From contig CM106586.1 of assembly GCA_048013815.1 (NCBI GenBank), forward strand, positions 4,402,001 through 4,466,000: a stretch of 64,000 bases of DNA. The letters are read 5' to 3'. The position numbers were made by a program, and so were the translations under genes. The stretch's first letter is position 1, and the number at the start of each line of letters is the position of its first letter. Of this stretch, positions 51,631 through 62,727 are shown piece by piece. The notes under the pieces were generated by a model, which searched no databases, had not been told where the DNA came from, and saw only the letters and a list, made by a program, of their open reading frames with translations. This stretch comes from Setoptus koraiensis. Its lineage: Eukaryota; Animalia; Arthropoda.

Positions 51631-54520
51631 AATTGTTGTCGCAGTCCACTTGATGGGCAGTTGCAGCGGCAGCAGCAGCGGCAGCGGTGGTATTATGATG
51701 GATTAGTGGTCAGTGGTCAGCAGCCGACAACAAGGGAACAAGCGTGAACGAGCGCACAAATTTACAAATTGACTGCTCAGTGGCATATGTAGATTAAATA
51801 ACAATTGACAATTGTTATTTGCGCTTATCCCCGACAACAGCCACCAGCGAGACAAAAGAGCCCCATAGGCAGCGTTTTTTTAACAGCAACTAGTGACTTG
51901 TTGTCGCGTTGTCCACTCGAGTCGCCCGGTCGCCACACAATGCCACGTCCTCGGGCCCATCGCGGCTCTTTTCGCGTCTTTTGTCGGACTTGTACCCATC
52001 ACCGTGACAGACACTCCCGAGACTGGCTCACCTGAGCTCGTCGCACGGCCACTCGGCGGCCCTTGATCGATCGAGGCGCAATGAGGCGCCAATTGAGTGC
52101 GTCGAGTCAATTGAGTCGCTCTCTCACACTCGCACGCTCGCTTTAGCGGCTCATGAGTCAATCTAAATTTAGTTTAGTTTTAGTGAACTGACCAGCGCAA
52201 CCAGTTGTCAATTGACAGTCCCTGGTGGAGCACCCACAACCGAAATTGGGTCACAATTTCGCACACAATCACTGACCACTCAATTATAAGCCGGCCACCG
52301 GATTATCCCCGTTCAATTGGGCACGAATTCAGCGTTGGCCAGTGTTAAATGGGGCCACATTCTGTGCAAGTCGCAGCCATTTGTTGTATGGCTTACACAG
52401 CTTGTGATTGCATGTAATAATAGTATGATTCATACAACGCGCAACAAGTGGTTGTCGGTCCGGTGCAGCGCCCTCTATCGGCGGGCCAGCTTTACTTTTC
52501 AGTTGGCCTTTTGAAACTTTGGACTCCAAAGTTTGGAGTCAAAAGTTTTGGCTGACAGCTTGTGAGTGCGGCCCCGCAGCGAGCGAAATGCAAACACTGC
52601 CAAGTGGTCGCTGTTGTTCAATATCTCGCAATATCAATCTTGTGTCGAGTTTGATTTACTGGGCCACTCGCCAATTTGCAATTAGAGGCCGCCAATTGTG
52701 TGCCAACTGTGCCAAATGTGCGCCAATTGCGCCAAATGTGCGCCGATTGTGCCAATTGTAACTGGATTGTCCGGCCAGAACAAGATAAATGACAAGATTC
52801 ATGCCAGTACCACCAGCCGCGAATTTAAGTCACTGGTGCCGTGACAACGTGCGATCCACTGGCTACCAGTGGCCATTTCGAGTGGTCAGTTACAATGATG
52901 GCCGCCACAACAAATACCAAAATACCAAATACACAAGACATATGTAAGATTTTAATGGCATATAGGGCGCGCAATGGGCCACACAATGGGCGCGTCGATG
53001 TGTGTCGCCTCATGTCGATTGGCGTCGATTTATGTCGATGTAAGCACGTGATAGGTTTATAGGTGGCCGGCATGGAAATTCCTTAATTGGCTCGCGATTG
53101 GCCAGTCAGTGGCAGGCGCAGGTTGGCCACATGTCGCTGCGGTCAGTTGTAGTGGTCAGTTGTGGCGGCCGGTGGCGCTGGCCGGAGCGGTTGTGTCGTG
53201 TTGTGTCGTGTTGTGGGTGAAAAGAATGCCAGAGAAGCCAGCGCACAATTGCGAGCCAGTTCTCACACTAGCGCTGGCGCGTTATCAGTTATCCGTTATC
53301 TTTTGCGACAGTTGCAGCCAGCCGATCGCTTAGTCGCGAGCTCACCGAGGGGGCCAAAGGCTCACTTTCGTGCTGGCGTTCGTTGCTGACGTTCGGCGCT
53401 GGCGTTCGGCTCGGGCGTTCGGTGCGAGCAGCGAACCGGCGGTGGTCCAATTACGGCGCGGACAACTACCCACCGGCCAACCACAAACCGGCCAACTGCA
53501 AACTCTTCACTGGCCACCACTTAGACCACCCAAATACCTGACCAGTCCGCCCCCAGTGCGCGCCGTACAAACAATGGGCTCTGTTTGTTTTTACCTGTTC
53601 TGTTGTTGTTGTTGTTGTTGTTTGTGGACACAGCGGCCACTTGACAATGGCTACAACGGCAACAGCAGCGACAGCGGCAACAGCAGCGACAGCGGCAACA
53701 ACCACAGCAGCAGCAACAACGGCAACAACAACGGCAACAACAACAACAACAACAACGGCAACAACAACAACGGCAACCTGGTGTTAATATCGGTAGTCTA
53801 TGGCGGTGCACGATAATTAATCACACGCAGCCAATGGTTTGGGTCGCCACAAGTTTACAAACAAGTTTGTTTCTGCCAGTCAAAGCTCCATTATCTACTG
53901 GCCATTATCTTTTGTGGCGAGTATGTGAAAAACTTGACAAAACTTTTCACAGAATCTTGTCGCTCGTTTGCGAATATCTGCCCACTGGCTGCTGCTGCCC
54001 ACCAACAGCCACCGACAACCACCGACAACCACCGACAACCACCGACAACCACCAACAACCGACTGCAACCGGCCAACTGCGCCGGCCAACTGCACCGGCG
54101 GCTGCAACCCAAATTAGCCTAATGAGTTTTGGAGGCAGCAAAAGTGCAAAATTGGGTCGCGCCAACACATGCCAGCATATCGTTTGGCCCATTGTGTTTG
54201 TGTTTGTTTGTTTATTGCTCCCTCTCGCGGCCACTCGATGATCATCTCGAGAGAGTGTGTCGCCCGTTTAGCACCCTAGGCTAAAGTGGCCGCGACAAGA
54301 GTTTTGAGCACAATGAATTTCGGCCACTTGATTAGGCTCTCATGATCGGCGTCACGCAAACGGTCATCGTCGTCATCGTTGTCGCCGCCACCATCGGGTG
54401 GTCCGGTCCGGTCTGGTCCTGCGCGACCCGGGCCGGCCCGGTGTGTTTGCATTGGTGCGTGCGTGTGTTTGTGCCGAGCCGCACGCCTCTCCTGTCAAGA
54501 GCGTTGTTTGCCGAGAGGGG

Positions 54521-54600
54521 CCAAACGCGCAGTCCGAACGCGCAGTCCGAACGCGCAGTCCGAACGCACTGACCGAACGCGCAAGCCGAACGCGCAAGCC
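54521..54600. repeat. 13-bp minisatellite (CCGAACGCGCAGT)n
   Basis: Read directly from the sequence. Confidence 0.85.
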
Positions 54601-55299
54601 AAACAACCGGCCCGAACGCCTTGCTGTTCAACCTGTTCAATTGCTGCGGCGGCGGCGGCGATGCCGGGCCTTTGGCGAGACACACTGAGAGCGGCCAACA
54701 ATGACGGGCCGGCCAACAGGTTGCCGTTGGCTCGTTTGTTTGGCCTGTTGGCCACGATTGATATGTCAAATAATTGGCCAGCCGAGCGGCGCGCACAATG
54801 CATCGGGCGGCCGGTATCTGCAGTTACCCATCTAATCGCTTGGTGCCATCTAACACGAGTTGTTGTAGCGGATAACACGATGACCACTTGTGGATAATAT
54901 CTCATGTTGCTATCTTTGTTGCTGTTGTTTGTGTCCGGTGCGCCAGTTATATGGCGCGTTGTGCGACGGGCCGGCACATAGTTATGGTGAACCCTCTCTC
55001 TCTCTCTCGTCCATAAAGCCTTTATGTTATTAAACTGCGGGCTTGTCGCGGCTGCTCGCGGCTTCTCTCCGGGCCGCCGGGCTCCGACGCTCGGTCGGCC
55101 CGGACGCTTTATTGGCCGGCGCGTTTTATTGCCGGCCGGCGGTTGCGGGCAGCCAACAGCGTGCGGGATCAGTTTATACATTGTAATACAATGATTGTGT
55201 TGCCCAGCACAGACTGCATGAGCTCACTGTGCGCTACATTGTCGCTGGACCCCGATATCCGACCATCCGACTATCTCAGCATACGAATGTCCCAGTATC

Positions 55300-55365
55300 C
55301 CGACTATTTCAGTATCCGCATACCCGACCATTTCAGTATCCGCATACCCGACCATTTCAGTATCC
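55300..55365. repeat. 24-bp minisatellite x3
   Basis: Unit CCCGACCATTTCAGTATCCGCATA. Confidence 0.85.
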
Positions 55366-57191
55366 GAGTGCCCGGTGCCCCGATGTCCAGCGAACAATGT
55401 GGCGATGTATATTAGCGTGCGTTTAATTTACAAAGGTGCGCTAATTAGTTGGTTGCCAGCGCTGGCCGGTGCAATGGCGATCACTGGCGAAAATAATCGC
55501 CGTTGTCGCTGGCCGTTGTCGTTGTTGGTGTCGGTGTGTTTGCGAGCCGCCACTTGTCGCTCATGGCGTCTCATTATTGGCTCGGCCGCTGGCTGTTGTC
55601 GTGGCAAGTTTGTTGCTCGTTTGCCAATGGCTAAAATAGTCGCAATAATCGGATAATCGGATAATCGAATCGAGTCGATACCGGCCAGCCCAGGCCGTGG
55701 CTGCCATTAGACGCACGTACCAGCACAAGCGTAGCACCACAGACTGCACTGACCACTGGTCACCCATAAAAGAAGGGGTGACGCCAAAAAAGAATGTCGT
55801 CATGTAGATAACACACGCACAAACACGAACCGGCTCGTATAGCTATAAACCTGGGCGCACGTACGGCGGCTCGCGCAGGTTGTCGGTCGTTGGTTGTCGG
55901 TTGCCGGTTGCCGGTTGTTGGTCGTTGGTTGTTGGTCGGTGATTTGAATACGGCGAGAACAAGTCGCGACACAAGAAGAATTTACAGCCAGTGCAATTGC
56001 AACTCCAGTTACGAGTGGCCGCCATTTGCATCGGCGTCAGTTTGTGTACGCTGCGCCAGTGTCAGCCAATGGCCAGTGCTCTTCTCAGACAGCTCATTAA
56101 ACGGTGAACGCTAATTAGAATCACATTGGCATTCGCTAATTAGATGCCATTCCAGCCAGCAACTCGAACTGTACCGATGCAAAGCCGTTGCTTGCATTCT
56201 GTTGCTTCGGCCATTTGTTGTTTACTTTCACTAGTGGACAGTGCTGTACATTGGCGCAGTATTTTGCATTGTATCACACACTAATAAGTCGCTATTTATA
56301 TTCCCGTCATATGCGGCTTCTGGCCTCACTGACCACGCTCGCAACTGTCATCGCTGTCATTGCTTGTCGCCACAAACTTGCCCTGCTCGTGCCATGTCAT
56401 TTCCATCAATAATCACTGCCAATAGTCGTCCTCGGCACAACCTGTTGTTCATTACTGGCACAGTGGCCACAATAGTCGCTCGCTGCCGGTCACTCGCGAT
56501 CACACTGGACACACCATTCGACAAAGAGACCAACTCACCTGGCCACTATTGCGCTGGCGCTGGCCAAAATTGGACTCTGCAATGGCAAGCACCCGATCCA
56601 GTGCCGCGTAGCGGCGCTCTGCGCAAGCTCATTCCAAATGAGTCATTCGTTTCAGATGAGGCCTCAATCATTTAGGCTCACAATATAAATGTCAACTAAC
56701 CAACAATAGGTAAACAAACAGGTTGCGTCACACAAAATCTGTGCTGTGCAAACATGACACTTGTCACTTGAAGTGATGCACTTGATGTCCACTCATGCGA
56801 CTTGATCAGCAAATCTTTTTTCTAGACAGTCTAGCGAACGCGAAAAGCGAGAAATGACTCGCTCAAGAGCACTTGTCGGCCGGTAGGTGACAGTGGCTGA
56901 GGTGACAATAATTGTCAACTTGACTTGTCAACAACTTGTTGATTGATTGTTGTTGGCTCGAATGGCCGAAAAATGCGACACATAAAAACAAATCAGGGGC
57001 GCATGTGACCTGCTAGTGATAGGCGTCGTTTGCAAGAAATGACAGCAGCAGAGTTATTTATAAAGCTCGTCTACAACTTATCGCATAGACGATATGTGGC
57101 AACGAGCAACTCACCTGTATTTTGCAATCGACAGTCATCGTGTTCATTGTGTTCACCTTGAAAATTTGTATTAAAACAAAATAAGACAATA

Positions 57192-57794
57192 ATGTCATTT
57201 CTGTTGTATAGTAAATATTTTGCGATTGTGATATCTGTTATAATAGCCAGTTGTGGCGTAATACGAACCTCTGCACAGCCGTCACAGGTAGATGATGAAT
57301 TGGACCAGTGGCAGGACGAGCTGCCCTCGACACAATTACTGATAGACGAACTGACCATCAGACGAGATCAATTGGTAGAGTACAACACGAGAATCGCAGA
57401 GGCACTGGCCAGTTTGAAAGAGCGCCGAGAGCAGAACAAATTGCCACAGGATATAAGAAAAAAGGTGCCCATGATAGAAAATATACTGCAAAATGAATTC
57501 GAAAAAAAATTCCATCTAGGCATCGAGCGTCTGTCCCATATTATAGTACGTCTCACTGGAAGCTGCAACGATGAAGCACACGAGTGTATGTATCTTCTGT
57601 CGGACGATGACATTGCCCATATCCGAGCGACAATGGATTGTTTGAAGATGTATATAGAGATGGTGGAACCATTGAAGAGAAAGAGACCTGCTCATTTTGT
57701 TGTCTATGAAGCAAAGCCTTTGACCGATGGCAGACTTTTCAAACTATTTCACATTTATGTATTGATTTATTATGGGTTGCATCATTACGCTTAA
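57192..57794 (+). CDS. Secreted helical protein, family member P1 (200 aa)
   Basis: Hydrophobic signal peptide ending TSA|QP. Distant match to the family motifs (KLPQDIRKKVPMIENIL; LTDGRLFKLF). Confidence 0.78.
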   Translation: MSFLLYSKYFAIVISVIIASCGVIRTSAQPSQVDDELDQWQDELPSTQLLIDELTIRRDQLVEYNTRIAEALASLKERREQNKLPQDIRKKVPMIENILQNEFEKKFHLGIERLSHIIVRLTGSCNDEAHECMYLLSDDDIAHIRATMDCLKMYIEMVEPLKRKRPAHFVVYEAKPLTDGRLFKLFHIYVLIYYGLHHYA

Positions 57795-58287
57795 TCATGG
57801 TGATTCTTTAAACCGGAAGTTGTGCTAATTGATGCGATCAGTTGACATCAGGAAGGACCTCTGGTGACATTTATCGGCAAGCGGCCTCAGATGATTGTTG
57901 TTGTATAACAGTAAATTCAAGAAATTGTAAACGCTACCGTTCTTAATCAATTGTGCCAACCGTCACATAAAGAGAGGGTCTAGCAACTCGTCCAATCAAC
58001 TGATTATTTGGTACTTTCTTTCTTCGCGAACAGACTTTATTATTGTCATCACATCTTACTGAACAGATTTAATTGTGCTCGTCTTGTCGTCTCTAGCTTC
58101 AATTCTCTCCAAAAGTAATAACTATAGATAGAGAAAAGAGGATTGGGTCATCGAAGAATAACCTGAGCGAAATCAAAGGCCAATTTTTGACAATTGGCGG
58201 TGATTTAGTTGAAAAATTGCCAGCGGCTGAGAAAATGCTGCGTTTGCATACAAACAACAAAGCAGATAAAGCGGTTCGAGAGATGGC

Positions 58288-58289
<2 letters not shown>

Positions 58290-58344
<55 letters not shown>
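58290..58344. repeat. (CT)n microsatellite, about 85 bp upstream of the P2 TATA box
   Basis: Read directly. Potential GAGA-type element (inference). Confidence 0.95.
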
Positions 58345-58347
<3 letters not shown>

Positions 58348-58427
58348 CGGGTAGGCGAAAAAGAAAAAACAAGCAGGTCTTTTCGTCGATGCTCAGAGAC
58401 TCGCTGGATGGCTGCTAGTTACAAGTT

Positions 58428-58436
58428 TATAAATAG
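58428..58436 (+). promoter_or_regulatory. TATA box (TATAAATAG) of P2
   Basis: The same 9-mer lies upstream of P3, P4 and P5; 232 bp before the ATG. Confidence 0.7.
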
Positions 58437-58659
58437 CTGTCGATAGCACGCTTGTTGGCGCTTGACAGCATTTATGAGCAGTCTATATTTAAATGGTTGC
58501 GAAAAATGTCGCACCTAAGTTTGTTGGTGATGACTGAACTGAACTTGTTCATCGAAAATTTTTTTTTTCAATCGAGCGTAACATATAGTTGACAATAACA
58601 ACAATTGAAAGCAAAAATAATTAGCAAAGTTAACTAAAACCGACTGCGAGAGAATCAAA

Positions 58660-59142
58660 ATGGAAAAATTTAGTCTGAGAATCATTTTGGTAGCTTGTGC
58701 GTTGAATGTAGCCTTGGCAGTACCGAGAAGTGAGCTATTCGATTTAAAAAACCAACTTTTGACCATTGGAATGGAGGCAACAATGACATTGGGTGACTTA
58801 GAGAGGCGCCATTTAAACGATGGCGGTCTAGCTGAGGACATTGCGGCGCATTTGTCTACAATAACAACCATGTTACGTGTTAACGCCAAAGAGGAAACAG
58901 ATGACTACGTGGCAGACATAGAGGACATGTTTATAAAGCATGGCAGTCGCGACGAAATTGATTTGACACAGCAAGAACAACAACGTGTGTCAATGATGAG
59001 AATGTTCATTAGTGAGTACAGAGAATCATTCGGACCGAGCCCGGCCTCGTCGGACCCAGCCAGTCCGACAGAGAAACGCCAGTTCAAGCCAAGAATTCTG
59101 CCCGATTCCATATTGCGCAAGTTATACGTGGCCAAATATTAG
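58660..59142 (+). CDS. Secreted helical protein, family member P2 (160 aa)
   Basis: Signal peptide ending ALA|VP. Motifs LFDLKNQLLTIGMEATMTLGDLERRHLN, FISEYRESFG and RILPDSILRKLY are shared with the paralogs. Confidence 0.88.
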   Translation: MEKFSLRIILVACALNVALAVPRSELFDLKNQLLTIGMEATMTLGDLERRHLNDGGLAEDIAAHLSTITTMLRVNAKEETDDYVADIEDMFIKHGSRDEIDLTQQEQQRVSMMRMFISEYRESFGPSPASSDPASPTEKRQFKPRILPDSILRKLYVAKY

Positions 59143-59604
59143 TTGTGTTGAATATTCAAATCGATTGTTGCGTAAAAAGTCAACTGCAATAAAATCTCAA
59201 TGCATCTCATCTTGTTTATAGATACAAGTATAGGTAAAATAAACTTGGCCACTCTCCATTGAATCCATGATCGAAGATTCGGCCATTTGAAATCGCGTTA
59301 GCCCTCGTGTGACAGCATTTTCATTTGAGGACCCATTTCAGACGAGAAGAAACTCGCGAATAGTTGCGCACACTTATGGATGCTGTGCACAATTGTTAGT
59401 TCTGTGCACGCAACAATCGTTCAGCAACCATTTGTATCCAGAGAAAAACGTTAGAAATGAATCAACAAACTAGTCAATTATCGCTAACTGTTGCGTAACA
59501 TTGCAACACTGTCGAAGGGCTCGTTTGATTGTTGGCTGACGAACCTGTCTCGGGATTGTTGTCAGCTGAGCGACTTGCTCTTTTTCTATCTCTGTGTAAT
59601 AGTT

Positions 59605-59613
59605 TATAAATAG
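59605..59613 (+). promoter_or_regulatory. TATA box (TATAAATAG) of P3
   Basis: 189 bp before the ATG. Confidence 0.7.
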
Positions 59614-59793
59614 CATCGGCCTGCTTGTGGCATCCGATCCTGTGATACAATTCACAGTAATTTCTTTTGCAACAAAGCTCTGTGTGTCGCTTGAAAGTAA
59701 CCATCTGAGTAACAATCTGAGTATTAGAATTCAATTATTCACTGTTCAATTACGCAATCATTGGCCATCAATTAGCCGCAAGCAAGAGAAACT

Positions 59794-60408
59794 ATGAACG
59801 GAATATCGTTGACTGGGGTGGCGCTGATGCTACTGTTGGCCTCAGCATTTCCGAGTGTCCTAACCATGGACGGCGAAGCGAAGAGGTCTGTGAGCTTCAA
59901 AAATAACCTGAGCGACATCAAAGATCAGCTAGTGACAATTGGTATGCAAGCAACACTTACGTTGGGCGATTTAAAGAAGCGTCAATTTGACGGATACAGT
60001 TTACCTGATGACTTTGTGCAGCAATTGCCCGTGATTGAGAATATGTTGCGCAAGCACGTCAAAGACGAGGCAGATAAAGCGGTTGTGGAGGTGACCACTC
60101 TCATAGATCGCCTGCAAGAACAAATAGCCAACAAGTCTTTTCAGGTCGAGGTCATTATGAAAGACGATTGGTTGCGCTTTTGGCAAATAGAGACATTCGT
60201 GCACGAATATAGGAGCACTTTTGGATTGAAGAGATTGATTCCGAGTGCATCAAGTCGCAAGATTGCTGCCAAATACGAACAGAAAATAATTGACGATTTG
60301 ACCCTGCGCAAATGTTATCTCGCAATCACCGACTACAGCGACTCAAAACTTGAATTGTGCCCCTTTGCCAAATTTGTTCATCAGGCAGAATCCGCTCAAG
60401 ACTCTTGA
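59794..60408 (+). CDS. Secreted helical protein, family member P3 (204 aa)
   Basis: Signal peptide. Motifs LSDIKDQLVTIGMQATLTLGDLKKR, LPDDFVQQLPVIENML, FVHEYRSTFG and KIIDDLTLRKCY. Confidence 0.88.
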   Translation: MNGISLTGVALMLLLASAFPSVLTMDGEAKRSVSFKNNLSDIKDQLVTIGMQATLTLGDLKKRQFDGYSLPDDFVQQLPVIENMLRKHVKDEADKAVVEVTTLIDRLQEQIANKSFQVEVIMKDDWLRFWQIETFVHEYRSTFGLKRLIPSASSRKIAAKYEQKIIDDLTLRKCYLAITDYSDSKLELCPFAKFVHQAESAQDS

Positions 60409-60661
60409 GTCAAGAGGCAGCATAATCCGTAGTCTATCAATGTAATCATTAAATCGCTCATTGAATCAGTCACAGTCCTCAGACATACCGATTATTTAAT
60501 AATAATCGATATTATCTAATAATGCGTCTAATAATGGTTTGTGGTTGTTTGCCAGGTTGCTCTCGTATCCCACTGATAATCCATTGTATCCATTGATGAT
60601 TTGAAATTAGGTGAGCCTCGCATTGTCGACATTGTTGCCTAGATCATTCATCGAATTCATC

Positions 60662-60695
60662 TATAAATAGTAACAAAGCTGGTGGTCGAGTCAGT
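60662..60695 (+). promoter_or_regulatory. TATA box plus Inr (TCAGT at 60691) of P4
   Basis: TATAAATAG at 60662; the A of TCAGT is 31 bp downstream, the canonical arthropod spacing. Confidence 0.72.
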
Positions 60696-60839
60696 GGAGC
60701 TGCCTATTGGTATATCTGAGTGTGCTGACAGTTGAGGGGCTCACAATCAACGACAGATTAATGCTGATATCAGATCGTTTTGAGCACTTCCGATTCACTT
60801 TTACGCTCTGTTCGGGCATATCAAGCTACCATTGCAAAT

Positions 60840-61391
60840 ATGAGAAGAGAATTATTTGGATTTATTGTGCTTGTTTCATGTTGCCAAATTGCAGCGTCTC
60901 TGACAATGTCCAAACAGTCCCTGTTAGAGATGAAAAACGAGCTTCTGACCATAGGATTGGAGGCAACAATGACGCTGGGCAACTTGGACAGGCGCCACTT
61001 AAATGAGCATAATTTACCTGCCGACATTTTAGCCAATTTGGCCCTAATCAAAATAGTGTTGCGTACCATTGTCAAAGAGGAGGCAGATGACGCAGTCATA
61101 AGCATAGAGGAGATACTTGCGAGGCACCGTCGCGAAACTCATCACTTGTCACCGGAAGAGAATGAACAATTGTCCAAAATAAAGACGTTCATCACGGCTT
61201 ATAGGCAATCGTTTGGATCTAGGCCGCCGCCTTACATGAGCGAATCGGACGCTAATGGCAAAGTTTTACTTGAGCCCAGAATCATAGACGATTCAACTCT
61301 GCGCGAGTTGTATGTTAAAAAAAAAATAATGAATTATCCGTCATTGTGGTTTAAGCCAAGCGAAGCCATAAAAAGCCCGAAAAGTGGTTAA
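60840..61391 (+). CDS. Secreted helical protein, family member P4 (183 aa)
   Basis: First ATG at 60840 gives signal peptide MRRELFGFIVLVSCCQIAAS. Motifs LLEMKNELLTIGLEATMTLGNLDRRHLN, FITAYRQSFG and RIIDDSTLRELY. Confidence 0.88.
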   Translation: MRRELFGFIVLVSCCQIAASLTMSKQSLLEMKNELLTIGLEATMTLGNLDRRHLNEHNLPADILANLALIKIVLRTIVKEEADDAVISIEEILARHRRETHHLSPEENEQLSKIKTFITAYRQSFGSRPPPYMSESDANGKVLLEPRIIDDSTLRELYVKKKIMNYPSLWFKPSEAIKSPKSG

Positions 61392-61576
61392 AAAATCATG
61401 TTTCGCTAGCTGAATTTTGAATGCTTGCAATTAATACATCTATGTGCTATATGCCAATAGATCGTCAAAACACGCTATTTATTATTATTACTTCACAAAT
61501 ATTCACAAAATATTGGTCTTGCAATTGTTAGAGCGAGAGAGTGATGGGAGATGGGAGACTCATTTGGTGCATGATC

Positions 61577-61585
61577 TATAAATAG
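61577..61585 (+). promoter_or_regulatory. TATA box (TATAAATAG) of P5
   Basis: 178 bp before the ATG. Confidence 0.7.
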
Positions 61586-61754
61586 GCCAGCAATCGATCG
61601 CTTGAGGGATACGATTGCCGTGCCAGTTGTGCGCTATGACATTATAGCTAAACTTTGCCAAGTCGTTGTCAGCAATCGTTTGTTTGTAAGCTTCGCTAAT
61701 ATTACCTAATATCACCAATTACTTATACGGTCTAGATTGATTGTCGCTAATGAC

Positions 61755-62291
61755 ATGGCAGGAATAGGCGCGATATTGATTGTGATTGGCTGCTGGAGCA
61801 TTGGACGTGGAGCAGCAGCGTCAGAGGCCAAACAGGCACTGTTAGACTTGCAAAATGACCTGCTAATTATCAGTGTGGATGCCACATTGACTCTAAACGA
61901 CATTCGCCAGCGTATAATGGAGCCCGAACAAATTGCGCCAGAATTGCCCGAACAAATTGTGCAAGAGTTGCCCGGAATAAGAAAAATGGTCAGTGAGAAT
62001 ATTAAAAGAATTGCCGACGATGCCGAGAGGCGCCTGAGCGAGGCAATATGGAAACGTGCCGACAATGCCGCTGAAAATGGCGCCGAAAATTTTTCGGCGG
62101 AAGAAGAGGCCCGCATAGTGGAATTCATTGAGAAATATTGGAAAACATTTGGTCAGAACAGCGGGCAATCGTCGCAACAACAGCGCCGCTCTTGGGCACA
62201 AGTGTTGGACTACACGACTTTACACGAATGTTACGGCGATTTGATTGGGCGCAACGCAAGCCCAGCTTCGTGTGCCCTCGTCACCAATTAG
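61755..62291 (+). CDS. Secreted helical protein, family member P5 (178 aa)
   Basis: First ATG at 61755; signal peptide ending AAA|SE. Motifs LLDLQNDLLIISVDATLTLNDIRQR, ELPEQIVQELPGI, FIEKYWKTFG and VLDYTTLHECY. Confidence 0.86.
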   Translation: MAGIGAILIVIGCWSIGRGAAASEAKQALLDLQNDLLIISVDATLTLNDIRQRIMEPEQIAPELPEQIVQELPGIRKMVSENIKRIADDAERRLSEAIWKRADNAAENGAENFSAEEEARIVEFIEKYWKTFGQNSGQSSQQQRRSWAQVLDYTTLHECYGDLIGRNASPASCALVTN

Positions 62292-62727
62292 CCAATTAGC
62301 CAATCGGCCAATCAGCACAATTTGTGCCGGCGGGTAACTTGTCAACTTCGGGCAATCAGAGTAATTAGCAAATAAAACAATCATCGTGTCACCTGTCCGA
62401 TTTTGCCAAGACCGCCCACATAGTAGGCTGCACAAAGAGCACACAAATGAAAGTGTCACCAAAAGTTGTGTCGCGTTGATGGTTTATTTTTAGTTTGTTC
62501 ACTTTAGTTTTACTTTGTTGTGTCGCTGCTGACTGAAAATAGTCTCCGATAGGTGAGAATGACGCTGAAAATATCCGGCACGATACACGGTGCGTTCTAG
62601 CCATTCCAATGAGGCTCGATCATTAATATAAGTCGAAATAAGAGAAAATTCACGAATCAAACGACCTCTAATTTGCGTGTTAATTCACCTGTTACTGCGG
62701 ACAATTAGCTAACATTGCGAGAATAAA

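Noticed and set aside
38300-57000. Numerous ORFs 5' of odd, for example 38824-39540, 43777-44484 and 54495-55181
   Set aside because: GC-rich or repeat-derived stop-poor frames with no homology or coherent splice structure.
57759-57970. Possible extra 3' exon of P1 (GTATTG...ATCAG)
   Set aside because: Weak donor, and the downstream frames show no family motif; the unspliced ORF already includes the final conserved block.
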